Position numbers and translations under genes: made by a program
Assembly: GCA_047602405.1 (NCBI GenBank)
Contig: JASGHJ010000001.1
Span: 1,952,001 to 2,016,000, forward strand
Source: Anaeromyxobacteraceae bacterium
GTDB taxonomy: Bacteria; Myxococcota; Myxococcia; Myxococcales; Anaeromyxobacteraceae
Direction of reading: 5' to 3'
DNA: 64,000 bases
Part shown: positions 21,842-30,984 of the stretch, one piece after another
How the letters are laid out: every line of letters starts with the position of its first letter
How positions within the stretch are numbered: the first letter of the stretch is position 1
Notes under the pieces: model-generated
Told to the model about the DNA's origin: nothing
What the model saw: only the letters and a program-made list of their open reading frames with translations
Databases searched by the model: none

Positions 21842-23236
21842 ATGCTTCGGGGCGTGCCGCTCGCTCCCGCGCTCCTCGCCGCCGCGCTCGCGGCCTCTCC
21901 CGCCGCGGCGCCCCCGGCTCCGGCACCCTCGCTCCCTCTTCCCCGGCTCCCCCCCGCCGACGCCCTCCGCGAGATGGACGCGCTCCTCGCGCGCGCCTAC
22001 CCCGACGACGAGCCCGGCGCCGCGGTGATCGTCGTCCGCCGCGGCGAGGTCCTGCTCCGCCGCGCCCGCGGCCTCGCCGACGTCGCCGCGGGCGCGCCGG
22101 TGTCGCCCGGCACGCCCTTCCCGATCGGCTCGATCACGAAGGGCTTCACCGCCCTCGCGCTCGCGCTCCTCGCCCAGGACGGCCGCCTCTCCCTCGACGA
22201 CCGGCTCTCCTCCCGGCTCCCCGGCTGGCGCGCGCCGAACGGCGACCCCACGCTCGCGCAGCTCCTCGCGCACGTTTCCGGCGTCGACTCGACGGCGCCG
22301 GGCCATCCGCTCGCGTTCCCGCCGGGCACCGCCTACCGGTATGGCAACGACGCGTACCTCCTCGCCGCCGAGGTCGTCGCCCGCGCGTCCGGCGAGCCGT
22401 GGGCGACGTTCGTCCAGGAGCGCATCCTCGGGCCGGCGGGGCTCGCCGCGACCGGGCTCGAGGCCCGGCCCGGGCTCGCGAAGGGGTACGTCCGCGGCGA
22501 GCGGGGCTGGGCGCCGGCGGCGCCGATCGACGGCGCGGCCCACGGGGCCGCGGGCGGGCTCGCGTCGACGGTCGACGACCTCGCGCGGCTCGAGGGCGCG
22601 CTCCTCGCGGGCCGCCTCCTGCCGCGGCCGGCCCTCGACCGGCTCCGCGCCACGGTGGCGCTCCCGGACGGGACCCCGCTGCACGCCGGGCTCGGCTGGG
22701 CGCTCGGCGAGCTCCTCGGCGGGCCCACCGCCGAGCACGGCGGCACGGTCGACGGGTTCGCGGCGTACCAGCTCGCGGTCCCCTCCGAGCAGGTCTTCGT
22801 GGCGGTGCTCACGAACCGCGAGGCCGGGGAGCCGCTCCCCGCGGCCGTGGCGGCCGGGCTCGCGATGCTCGCGCTCGGCGTCCGCCCGCCGGCGCCGGTG
22901 GCCGTGCCGGTGCCGCAGGCCACGCTCGACGCCTACGCCGGGACCTACGGCTCGCCGGGCGCGCCCCGGCACGTCCGCCGCGCGGGCGACGGGCTCGAGC
23001 TCGAGCGGCCCGCGCAGGACGGCCGGCCCCCGCTCGTGCGCCGGCTCGTCCCGGTCGGTCCGGACACGTTCGAGTGCCCCGCGCTCCCGCGCGTGCGCCT
23101 CACCTTCGAGCGCGGGCCCGTCCCTGGACCTCGGTCCGGTGCGCGGGCCGACGCCCCGGAGGCACGGGGCGCGATCACGGCGCTGCGCGTGCGCCAGCAG
23201 GCGGGGCCGGACGACGTGCTGCCGCGGGTCCGCTGA
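21842..23236 (+). CDS. Serine hydrolase, beta-lactamase/AmpC family
   Basis: SITK (SxxK), YGN (YxN), HGG; signal peptide. Confidence 0.85.
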   Translation: MLRGVPLAPALLAAALAASPAAAPPAPAPSLPLPRLPPADALREMDALLARAYPDDEPGAAVIVVRRGEVLLRRARGLADVAAGAPVSPGTPFPIGSITKGFTALALALLAQDGRLSLDDRLSSRLPGWRAPNGDPTLAQLLAHVSGVDSTAPGHPLAFPPGTAYRYGNDAYLLAAEVVARASGEPWATFVQERILGPAGLAATGLEARPGLAKGYVRGERGWAPAAPIDGAAHGAAGGLASTVDDLARLEGALLAGRLLPRPALDRLRATVALPDGTPLHAGLGWALGELLGGPTAEHGGTVDGFAAYQLAVPSEQVFVAVLTNREAGEPLPAAVAAGLAMLALGVRPPAPVAVPVPQATLDAYAGTYGSPGAPRHVRRAGDGLELERPAQDGRPPLVRRLVPVGPDTFECPALPRVRLTFERGPVPGPRSGARADAPEARGAITALRVRQQAGPDDVLPRVR

Positions 23237-23270
23237 GCCGCGCGCTCGAAGCGGGCTGGAGCCCCGCGGG

Positions 23271-23610
23271 TCAGCGGTACGACGCGAGGATGGCGTCGAT
23301 GCGCGCGACGAGCTGCCCCTTCGAGAGCACCTCGTCGGCCCCGGCCGCCCGCGCCGCGGCGATCTTCTCCTCCTGCACGTGGCCCGCGAAGGCGATCACC
23401 TTGAGCCCCGCGGCGAGCACGTCCGGGATCGCCTCGAGCGCGCCCGCGTCCCCGAGGTCGAGGAGCGCGACGCCGTGGCCCACCGCCTTCGCGGCCTCGC
23501 CGAGCGGCTTGTCCCTCGGCGCGAGGTCGAGCTTCACGCCGAGGCGCTGGGCGGCGGAGTCGATGCGGGAGCGGAACAGCAGAATCGCGGCAGGCGACGA
23601 GGACGGCCAT
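23271..23610 (-). CDS. Atypical single-domain response regulator; +1 frameshift at ~23584
   Basis: Repaired MAVLVACRDLLFRSRI...LLDL...AFAGHV...AARAAGADEVLSK. Confidence 0.7.
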
Positions 23611-23614
23611 CGGC

Positions 23615-23950
23615 TCACTTCACCTCGATGTCGCCGAAGAACATCCGCATCGCGCACGAGTAGCGGAGCTTGCCCGCCTGCTTCGGCGTGAACGTGATGG
23701 TCACCGGCTGGTTGAGCGGCAGGGGGACGTTGAGGTTCTCCTCCGGCATGAAGAACTCGGTCGCGCAGGTCTCGTCGGTGGTGCGGGTGACGACGAGGGT
23801 GAGCGGCTGGCCGGCCTTCGCGAGGACCGTGGTGGGCTCGTAGCCGTTCTTCGTGACGGTGATCTTCACGGGCCCGCCCCCGTCCTGCTTGCAGGCGGGG
23901 AGGGCGACGGCGAGCGCGGCGCAGGCGGCGAGGGCGAGGAGGGAGCGCAT
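23615..23950 (-). CDS. Cupredoxin-like lipoprotein
   Basis: LPAC lipobox; GYEP, ETCA, YSCAMRMFFG. Confidence 0.8.
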   Translation of the reverse strand: MRSLLALAACAALAVALPACKQDGGGPVKITVTKNGYEPTTVLAKAGQPLTLVVTRTTDETCATEFFMPEENLNVPLPLNQPVTITFTPKQAGKLRYSCAMRMFFGDIEVK

Positions 23951-23959
23951 GGCGCCGTT

Positions 23960-24868
23960 CTACACCCAGGCCCGCGGCGCGCGCAGCACCTCGAGGAGCG
24001 CGGCCTCGCGGCTCCCCGCCGCGGGTACGTGCCCGTACACGAACTGCACCCGCGGCGGCAGCGACATCAGGATCGACTCGGTCCGCCCGCCGGTCTGCAG
24101 GCCGAAGACGGTGCCGCGGTCGTGCACGAGGTTGAACTCGACGTAGCGCCCGCGCCGGATCTCCTGCCAGGTGCGCTCCGCCTCCCCGTACGGCAGCGCG
24201 CGACGGCGCTCGAAGATCGGCAGGAGCGCCGGGAGGAACGCCCGGGCGGTCTCGCGGCAGAGCGCGAGCCCCTGCTCGAGCCCACCGGCGGGGTCCTCGA
24301 AGAACACGCCGCCCACGCCCCGGTGCTCGCCGCGGTGCGGGAGGAAGAAATACCGGTCGGCGTGCGCCTTGTGCTCGGGGTAGGAGCCCGGCGCGGCGCG
24401 CTCGCACGCGTCGCGCAGCGTGCGGTGGAAGTGCGCCGCGTCCTCGTCGAAGAGGTAGTACGGCGTGAGGTCCGCCCCGCCGCCGAACCACGCCGCCGCC
24501 CCGCGCCGGAGGAACCGCACGTTCATGTGCGCGGTGGGGACCATCGGCGAGCGCGGGTGGAGCACGATCGACAGCCCGGTCGCGACGAAGTCGGGCCCGT
24601 CGCCCGGCAGCCGCGCGGCGAGCTCCTTCGAGAGCGGGCCGTGCACGAGCGAGACGTTCACGCCCGCCTTCTCGAGGAGCGCGCCGCCGGCGAGCACGCG
24701 CGAGCGCCCGCCGCCGCCGCCCGGCCGATCCCAGGCGTCCTCCAGGAAGCGGGCCCCGCCGTCGGCGGCCTCGAGGCCGCGGCAGATCTCGTCCTGCAGC
24801 TCGCGCACGAAGGCGGCCATCTCGCCGGCGAGCCGGTCGAGGACCTCGGGCGCCGCGGTGCCGGGCAC
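23960..24868 (-). CDS. hemF: Oxygen-dependent coproporphyrinogen III oxidase
   Basis: EKAGVNVS, HPRSPMVPTAHMN, WFGGGADLTP, RRGRYVEFNL, ESILMSLPP. Confidence 0.95.
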   Translation of the reverse strand: MPGTAAPEVLDRLAGEMAAFVRELQDEICRGLEAADGGARFLEDAWDRPGGGGGRSRVLAGGALLEKAGVNVSLVHGPLSKELAARLPGDGPDFVATGLSIVLHPRSPMVPTAHMNVRFLRRGAAAWFGGGADLTPYYLFDEDAAHFHRTLRDACERAAPGSYPEHKAHADRYFFLPHRGEHRGVGGVFFEDPAGGLEQGLALCRETARAFLPALLPIFERRRALPYGEAERTWQEIRRGRYVEFNLVHDRGTVFGLQTGGRTESILMSLPPRVQFVYGHVPAAGSREAALLEVLRAPRAWV

Positions 24869-24872
24869 GGCC

Positions 24873-25349
24873 CTAGGACTCCTTGCGCAGCTGCTGCGCG
24901 AGGTAGTTCTGGATGCCGACCTGCTTCACGGCCTCCTGCTGCGCCTCGATCCAGTCGGCGTGCTCCTCCTCGCCCTCGAGGATGTCCTCGAGGAGCTCGG
25001 CCGAGCCGTTGTCGCCGACGTTGCGCGCGAACGCGATGCCGCGGTTGAGCACCGCGATCGCGTTCGCCTCGGTGTCGTGGTCGATCTGCAGCATCTCCTC
25101 GACGCTCTCGCCCACGTTCACCTTGCCGAGCCGTTGCAGGTTCGGGAGGCCGTCGAGGTAGAGGATCCGCTCGATGAGCGCGTCCGCGTCCTTCATCTCG
25201 TCGATCGACTCGTCGCGGAACTTGTGGTGCAGCCGCTCGTAGCCCCAGTTCGCGCAGATCTTCGCGTGCAGGAAGTACTGGTTGATGGCGGTGAGCTCGT
25301 TCGTGAGGACCTCGTTCAACAGGTCGATGATCTTGGGGTCGCCCTTCAT
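24873..25349 (-). CDS. bfr: Bacterioferritin
   Basis: MKGDPKII...[11 protein letters not shown]...ESIDEMK...EEEHADW. Confidence 0.97.
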   Translation of the reverse strand: MKGDPKIIDLLNEVLTNELTAINQYFLHAKICANWGYERLHHKFRDESIDEMKDADALIERILYLDGLPNLQRLGKVNVGESVEEMLQIDHDTEANAIAVLNRGIAFARNVGDNGSAELLEDILEGEEEHADWIEAQQEAVKQVGIQNYLAQQLRKES

Positions 25350-25463
25350 GGAGCTCTCCTCGGGTGGTGGGGACGGTGCCAGCGACGGACGAGGGTCCGG
25401 AGATACGCGGCCCCGGCGAGGGGCGCGTGTCCCGCTCGGGGCGGGGACGACCGGTTCGTGGCG

Positions 25464-25685
25464 TCAGGCCGCGGTGCGCGGCGCGCCGGCCGCGGGCACG
25501 TTCGCCGCGGCGCGCTCGGCCGCGACGGTGGCCTCGGCGGCGTGGATGCGGGCGACGGCGAGCAGGCACTGACCGCAGGACGAGCCGGCCTTCGTGAGCG
25601 CGAGGATCTGCTCCAGCGAGCGGCCTGCCCGGGCGTGCTCGCGGATGGTGCGGTCGCTCACGTCGTTGCAGATGCAGACCTTCAC
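25464..25685 (-). CDS. bfd: Bacterioferritin-associated ferredoxin
   Basis: VCICNDVSD...AGSSCGQC; GTG overlaps the upstream stop (GTGA). Confidence 0.88.
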   Translation of the reverse strand: MKVCICNDVSDRTIREHARAGRSLEQILALTKAGSSCGQCLLAVARIHAAEATVAAERAAANVPAAGAPRTAA

Positions 25686-25915
25686 GCGCGCCCCCACTTC
25701 TGCCGTGCGGGGGCGGGGTCGCGCTGGCAGTCGGCGCAGCAGCCCGACAGCTCGACACGGCCGCGGAGCGTCTCCCAGCCGAGCGTGCGGATGAGCTCGG
25801 CGCGGGCAAGGTCGAGCACGCTCCGGTCGAGGGCGATGGAGGAGCCGCACCGGGTGCAGGTGAGTGCACCGAGAAGGCCGCTGGGGCGACCCTGGGCGAT
25901 GCGACCTCCGTTCAT
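25682..25915 (-). CDS. Stand-alone Fur C-terminal (dimerisation/Zn) domain protein
   Basis: LTCTRCG...LGWETLRGRVELSGCCADC; AGGGAG RBS; translationally coupled to bfd. Confidence 0.7.
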   Translation of the reverse strand: MNGGRIAQGRPSGLLGALTCTRCGSSIALDRSVLDLARAELIRTLGWETLRGRVELSGCCADCQRDPAPARQKWGRA

Positions 25916-25963
25916 CACGCCTTCTCCCTTGGCGAGGGGGATGACCTTGCCCGCGCCGTCTCA

Positions 25964-25978
25964 TGAGAACGAGTATCA
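25964..25978. promoter_or_regulatory. Fur-like box
   Basis: TGAGAAC-G-AGTATCA, 11/14 match to TGATAAT-N-ATTATCA, in a high-GC background. Confidence 0.6.
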
Positions 25979-26105
25979 CAAGGCGCGGCGCGATGTAAAC
26001 CCGGTAGGGGTCCATCGAGGGTCGTAAGTAGTCGATCCCGGCTTTGCAAAACGCGCGTTCTGGCGCGACCGAGAGTCGTTTCCCGGTCTTCTCCGCAGGT
26101 TCCGT

Positions 26106-26146
26106 GGGACCCCGTTGTTGCGACTGGACTACAACAAAGGGGTCCC
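26106..26146. terminator. Hairpin downstream of the lipoprotein gene
   Basis: GGGACCCC-g-TTGTTG...CAACAA-a-GGGGTCCC. Confidence 0.4.
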
Positions 26147-26179
26147 CGCCCGGGCCGCTGCACCCTCTCGGGACGCGCG

Positions 26180-26584
26180 TCAGCGGTGCTGCTTCGCCTC
26201 GAGCTTGAGCAGGACCGGCGTCGAGTCGTCGAAGTCGAACGTGGCGCGGACCTCGTCGCCCTCCCGCAGGTCGGTCAGCCGGGCGGGCCGATCGTCGAGC
26301 ATGATCTGCGTGCCGTCGGCGACGTGGAGCCGCGCGGGCGGACCGTCGTTGCGCATGACCGTGATGCTGCGGTCGATCCCGAGGAGACCCTTGCCCACGA
26401 CGCCGAGGCGGCCCTCGACCTCGAACGGGTTCCGCGTCTGGGACGCGGCGCCCGTGGACGGCCTCCGGTCGTCGCGCCGGTCGTCCCGGCGGGCGGATGG
26501 CGCGTTCCGATCGTTGCGGTCCTGGAGCGGCGTGGAGCAGGCGGCGAGGCAGGCGACGGCGGCGGCGGCGAGCAGGCGGTTCAT
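26180..26584 (-). CDS. Hypothetical lipoprotein (OB-fold/DUF5666-like)
   Basis: LAAC lipobox; LTDLREGDEVRA motif. Confidence 0.65.
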   Translation of the reverse strand: MNRLLAAAAVACLAACSTPLQDRNDRNAPSARRDDRRDDRRPSTGAASQTRNPFEVEGRLGVVGKGLLGIDRSITVMRNDGPPARLHVADGTQIMLDDRPARLTDLREGDEVRATFDFDDSTPVLLKLEAKQHR

Positions 26585-26684
26585 GGGTCTATCGTTCCCT
26601 CCGCCTGGAAGGATGCGAACGGGCGGGCGCGAGGGGGAGCCACGCCCGCCGCGGGGCGAGGCCGGCGCCGCCCCGGCCCGCTCG

Positions 26685-27353
26685 TCACCTCGGGTGAATC
26701 CGGAGGGCCCGGTACCGCACCGAGCGGGCGAACGCCGGCACGCCGGTGGGCCGGTCCCGCCAGGCGTTCACGGCGATCGCGAGCCGCAGCGGGGTCGCGG
26801 GCCGGAGCGGGCCGTGCGGCACCGCGCCGTCCGCGTCGAGCACGCCGTGCGTCGCGTCGCCCGGGAACAGCGCGAGCCGGTTCGGCCACGGCCGCACGAG
26901 GTCGAGCGTGGAGAGGTCGGACGGGGCGCGCGCGGGGTTCCGCTCGTCGGGCGGCTCGGGCGACACGGCGAGGAGGCCGCCCCGGCACCGGTTCAGGAAG
27001 ATCACCGAGGAGGCCGCGGGGTGCACGAGCGGGCCGCCGCGCCGGAGCAGCACCTCGTCGCAGTCGGCGTGGAAGTCGACGGCCACGTCGCTCGTGCGCA
27101 TGCGCGAGAGCCACCACTCGAAGCCGGCGACATCCGGCGGGTAGTGCGGGCGGAGCGCCACGATTGCCTCCTCCACGAGCGAGGCGGGCGCGACCCCGGC
27201 CGCGAACCAGAACGTGGTCTGGTAGCCGCGCCGCAGGTTCTCGGTGCCGAGCGCGACGACCGCGCGCCGCAGCCGGGCGAACCGCGCCGGCGGCAGGGCG
27301 CGATCGACGACGCGGACGAGCGGGCGGGGGCGACCGCCGGTGCGAGGGCTCAC
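26685..27353 (-). CDS. Putative 2OG-Fe(II) oxygenase
   Basis: EWW, HADCDE (HxD), PNRLALFPGDATHGV, distal Arg. Confidence 0.6.
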   Translation of the reverse strand: MSPRTGGRPRPLVRVVDRALPPARFARLRRAVVALGTENLRRGYQTTFWFAAGVAPASLVEEAIVALRPHYPPDVAGFEWWLSRMRTSDVAVDFHADCDEVLLRRGGPLVHPAASSVIFLNRCRGGLLAVSPEPPDERNPARAPSDLSTLDLVRPWPNRLALFPGDATHGVLDADGAVPHGPLRPATPLRLAIAVNAWRDRPTGVPAFARSVRYRALRIHPR

Positions 27354-27362
27354 GAGAGCCTT

Positions 27363-28790
27363 CTACCGGATCCGGGGCTGCTTCGCGTCGAGCTCGCCCG
27401 CGCCCGGGCCGTCCCCGGCGGGGGCGGGAGCGGCGGGGCCCGCGAGCGCCGCGAGCTCGCGCAGGGTGAGGTCGTTCGGCGAGGCGCGCCGCTCGCCCTC
27501 GAGCGCGGCCGCGAGCGCGCGCAGCCCGGGCGGCAGCCGGCGCTCGAAGCTCGCCCGCGCGCCCGCGGCGCCCGGATCGCGGCGCAGCGCGTCCGCGACG
27601 TCGCTCACCCGCAGCGTGCCCGGGTCCCGGCCGGGCACCCAGGCGAGGTCCACCCCCGACACGGTGCGCGCCAGCACCCCCGCCCGGACGAGCGCCTCGA
27701 GCACGTCCTCCGCCACCGCGGGCGACACCTCGGCGTCGGCGGCGAGCGCCGCGGCGCCGCGGCGGGGCGCGCCGGCGAGGAAGTCGGCGGTCACGCGTGC
27801 CACGAGCACGAGCGCGAGGGTCTCCCGGAGCGCGGGGTCCGGCGGGTGTCCTCGCAGGCGCTGCCGCTCCGCGGGTTCGTGCTGGTGGCTCGCGGCGACC
27901 TCCGCCCCCACGAGCACGATGAGCCAGGAGACGTACGTCCAGACGAGGAAGATCGGGATCGCGCCGAGCACCGAGTAGAGCGCGTTGTAGTTCGCGACGC
28001 CGACCTGGAGCTTCACCTGTGTCACGAGCGCGCCCTGCCAGCCGAGCGCGGCGAGCGCCCCGCCGAGGAGCGCGGAGCGCGCCTGCACCCGCACGTTCGG
28101 GAGGATGAGGTACATCGCGAAGAGCCCCGCGCCGACCGCGAGCACCGGCGAGAGGTCGAGCACGAGGTCGATGAGCGCGCCCAGCCCGAGCCGGTCGCGG
28201 AGGAACTCGACTGCCGCGGAGCTCTGGGCGGCGGCCGAGACGGTCGCCGCCGCGAACACGAGGAGCGGCGTCGTGACGAGCAGGGTGACGTAGTCGGTCA
28301 CCTGCCGGAGCAGCGGCCGGGTGGCGCGCGCGCCGAAGATGCGGTTGAGCGCGTCCTCGACCGAGGACACGAGCGAGATGGCCGCGTAGACGAGCAGCAC
28401 GAGCCCGACCGCCCCGAGGCGCGAGGCGTCGGTGCGGTCGACGAAGCCGAGGATGCGGTCGACCGCCTCGTGCAGGGCGGGGTTGGGCGAGAACGTGCCG
28501 AGCAGCCAGGGGCGCAGGGTCTGCGCGGCAAAGGTCTGGTAGGCGCCGAAGCCCTTCAGCACGCTGAACGTGAAGGCGAGCAGGGGCACGAGCGACAGGA
28601 CGCTGTAGTAGGTGAGCGCGGCCGCCCGGACCGTCAGGTCGTGCGAGAGGAAGCCGCGCACCGCCGCGTGGCCGATCCGGAGCGCGCGGAAGGCCGCCGC
28701 CTTCGCCGCCGGGAGCTCGCCGGGGCGGACCTCCCAGATGCGGATCGCGAGGAGCTGGCGCGCGTGCTGGAGGGCTCCGGCCACCCGCAC
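27363..28790 (-). CDS. YihY/virulence factor BrkB family membrane protein with C-terminal wHTH; start uncertain
   Basis: AAALTYYSVLSLVP, EDALNRIF, YNALYSVLGAIPIFLVW, GAEVA. Confidence 0.85.
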   Translation of the reverse strand: MRVAGALQHARQLLAIRIWEVRPGELPAAKAAAFRALRIGHAAVRGFLSHDLTVRAAALTYYSVLSLVPLLAFTFSVLKGFGAYQTFAAQTLRPWLLGTFSPNPALHEAVDRILGFVDRTDASRLGAVGLVLLVYAAISLVSSVEDALNRIFGARATRPLLRQVTDYVTLLVTTPLLVFAAATVSAAAQSSAAVEFLRDRLGLGALIDLVLDLSPVLAVGAGLFAMYLILPNVRVQARSALLGGALAALGWQGALVTQVKLQVGVANYNALYSVLGAIPIFLVWTYVSWLIVLVGAEVAASHQHEPAERQRLRGHPPDPALRETLALVLVARVTADFLAGAPRRGAAALAADAEVSPAVAEDVLEALVRAGVLARTVSGVDLAWVPGRDPGTLRVSDVADALRRDPGAAGARASFERRLPPGLRALAAALEGERRASPNDLTLRELAALAGPAAPAPAGDGPGAGELDAKQPRIR

Positions 28791-28951
28791 AGCCTGCGCA
28801 CGCCGCCGCCGGCCGACAGCCGCCCACAGCGGGAGCACCTGCCTACACCCGCAGCGAACCCCCCCCCGGCGCGGAATGCATCGCGGTGCGGGCGCGGTTG
28901 GGAGGGGCGCAACGCGACCTTCACTTGTAGTCATCGCACCCGCGCGCACCC

Positions 28952-30643
28952 ATGCCCACCTCGCTCGTCCTCGCCCTCGCCCTCGCCGCCTCGCTCCGGT
29001 CCCCCGCCGATCGCGTCGCGATCGCCGAGGGGCTCCGGGACGCGATCCGCGCGCGGTACGTGTTCCTGTCCGTGAAGCCGCCCGTGGACCTCGACGGCTG
29101 CGTCGCCGCCGAGGCGGCGATCAAGGACGAGGAGGACCCGCTCCGCTTCTACGACCGGATGCGTCGCTGCACCGCCGCATTCCAGGACGGCCACCTCATC
29201 CTCTCCGTGCCGGACCGGCTGCCCCCGGTGGCCCTCGGCGTCGCGTTCCGCCGGACCGGGGACGGCGCGGTGCGCCTCGCGGGCCGCTCGCCGGGCCTCG
29301 TGCGCTGGCTCGAGGCGGAGGGCAGCGTGCCGGACGCGGACGCCGTGCTCGCGGCCGGCGCCGAGGTGGTGCGGATCGACGGCCGCCCGGCCGCCGAGGC
29401 CCTCGAGGCGCTCGTGCCCTACGTGCAGGGCTCGAGCCCCGGCGCCCGCCTCGAGCGCGCCGCCGACGCGCTCGGCCGCCGCGACTTCGCGTACCCGGGC
29501 GCGCGCGCGGCGACGCTCGTCGTCGCCCACCAGGGCGGGCTGCGCACGGTGACGCTGCCGTGGTGGATTGCGCCGGGCGCCCGCGAGCACGCGGTCGCGG
29601 GCGCGTACGCGCGGCGGATGGAGCTCCGCACCGCGGACTTCCTCGACTGGAGCGGCACCCCGGCGTGGGCGAACGCCGACCCCGGCCTGGGCGCCGCGCG
29701 CGGCGAGCCCGCCGTCCCGCCCGCGGACGCCGCCGTGCTGCGCCCGTTCCGGACCGCCTCGGGGCGCGTCGCGGCCCGGCTCGGCGAGGCGACGTCGGCG
29801 GACGGCCGCCGGTACTGTTACGCGCAGATCCTCACCTTCCACACCGAGACGCTCGACGGCGGCGCGGGTCCCCGGCCGCTCCCGGAGGTGCTGCGCGACC
29901 ACCTCGCGGGCTGCGCCGCCCGCGGCGAGGACCTCGTGCTCGATTCGAGGCAGAACGAGGGTGGCTACCTCTCCCACGCGACCGCGGTCGCGCGCCTCCT
30001 CCTCCCCGCAGGTCGCCCGCTGCCGGCCGCCGCGCTCGTCGTGCGCGCCACCGAGCGGAACGAGGCGGTCTACAAGGTCCGCGCGCCGGCGCCGGCGCTC
30101 GGGACCGTGCGCGCGCTCGTGACCGGCGGCCGCACCGAGGCCGAGGAGGTGCTCGACGCGGTCCGCGACGCCCGCGCCTCGGGCGCGGAGTTCACGCCCG
30201 CGTTCCTCGAGCGCACCGCGGGCGAGGGCGTCTTCGCCGGGCGCGTCGTCGCGCTCGCGTCACCCGCCTGCATGAGCGCGTGCGACCGGCTCCTCGCGAC
30301 GCTGAAGGCCGCGGGGCGCGCGACGATCGTGGGCGGTCCGACCGAGGGCGCCGGCGGAAGCCAGCAGGAGGCCGGCGACCTCTCGGCCCGCTGGACCGAT
30401 CCGTCGAGCCGGCTCACGCTGTCGATCCCGAACGCCGCGATGGGCGTCGCGCCCGCCGGCGCGGGCCGCACCGAGGGCGCCGACCGGTTCTTCCGGACGA
30501 GCGCGCTCGAGAACCGGCCCGTCGAACCCGACGTGCCGTACGCGACGGGCGAGGAGGACCTCGCCCGCGCGAACCAGGGCTGGCGCGCGGCGGCCGAGGC
30601 GGCGCTTGCGCCACCGCGGCTCGCTCGCGCACCGCAGGGCTAG
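28952..30643 (+). CDS. S41-family peptidase with PDZ-like region
   Basis: DGHL, LDxRQNEGG, CMSACD, GGPTEGAGG, VEPDV. Confidence 0.75.
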   Translation: MPTSLVLALALAASLRSPADRVAIAEGLRDAIRARYVFLSVKPPVDLDGCVAAEAAIKDEEDPLRFYDRMRRCTAAFQDGHLILSVPDRLPPVALGVAFRRTGDGAVRLAGRSPGLVRWLEAEGSVPDADAVLAAGAEVVRIDGRPAAEALEALVPYVQGSSPGARLERAADALGRRDFAYPGARAATLVVAHQGGLRTVTLPWWIAPGAREHAVAGAYARRMELRTADFLDWSGTPAWANADPGLGAARGEPAVPPADAAVLRPFRTASGRVAARLGEATSADGRRYCYAQILTFHTETLDGGAGPRPLPEVLRDHLAGCAARGEDLVLDSRQNEGGYLSHATAVARLLLPAGRPLPAAALVVRATERNEAVYKVRAPAPALGTVRALVTGGRTEAEEVLDAVRDARASGAEFTPAFLERTAGEGVFAGRVVALASPACMSACDRLLATLKAAGRATIVGGPTEGAGGSQQEAGDLSARWTDPSSRLTLSIPNAAMGVAPAGAGRTEGADRFFRTSALENRPVEPDVPYATGEEDLARANQGWRAAAEAALAPPRLARAPQG

Positions 30644-30924
30644 CGGCCGGAGCCGCTCGAGCTGCTGGAGCCGCTCGAGCTGCCGGACCGCCCGGTCGTG
30701 CCGCTGGAGCCGGAGCCGGTCGAGCTGCCCGACCCGGTGCCCGAGTCCGATCCGCGCGTGCCGCCCGAGTCGGAGCCCGAGCCCTGCGAGCCGCGCGAGC
30801 CCTCCGAGGACGAGCCCGAGCCCGTCCCGCCGGAGCCCGACCCGCTGCCGCCGCGCGGGCAACCCGCCGCGCCGGCGAGCAAGAGCGCGCCCGCGATCGC
30901 CATCCAAGTCTTCCCGTTCTTCAT
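30640..30924 (-). CDS. Small Gly/Ser-rich lipoprotein
   Basis: AAGC lipobox; GGAGGGG RBS; low-complexity body. Confidence 0.7.
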   Translation of the reverse strand: MKNGKTWMAIAGALLLAGAAGCPRGGSGSGSGGTGSGSSSEGSRGSQGSGSDSGGTRGSDSGTGSGSSTGSGSSGTTGRSGSSSGSSSSSGSGR

Positions 30925-30984
30925 GTCCGTCCCCTCCCGAGGTCGAACCCAGAAGATGAAGGTCGTGTCGCAGGAGGGAAGGGG

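Noticed and set aside
29938..29950. S41 motif reads LDSR instead of LDLR at a GATTC site
   Set aside because: In frame; a real substitution cannot be told from a GATC-linked miscall without reads
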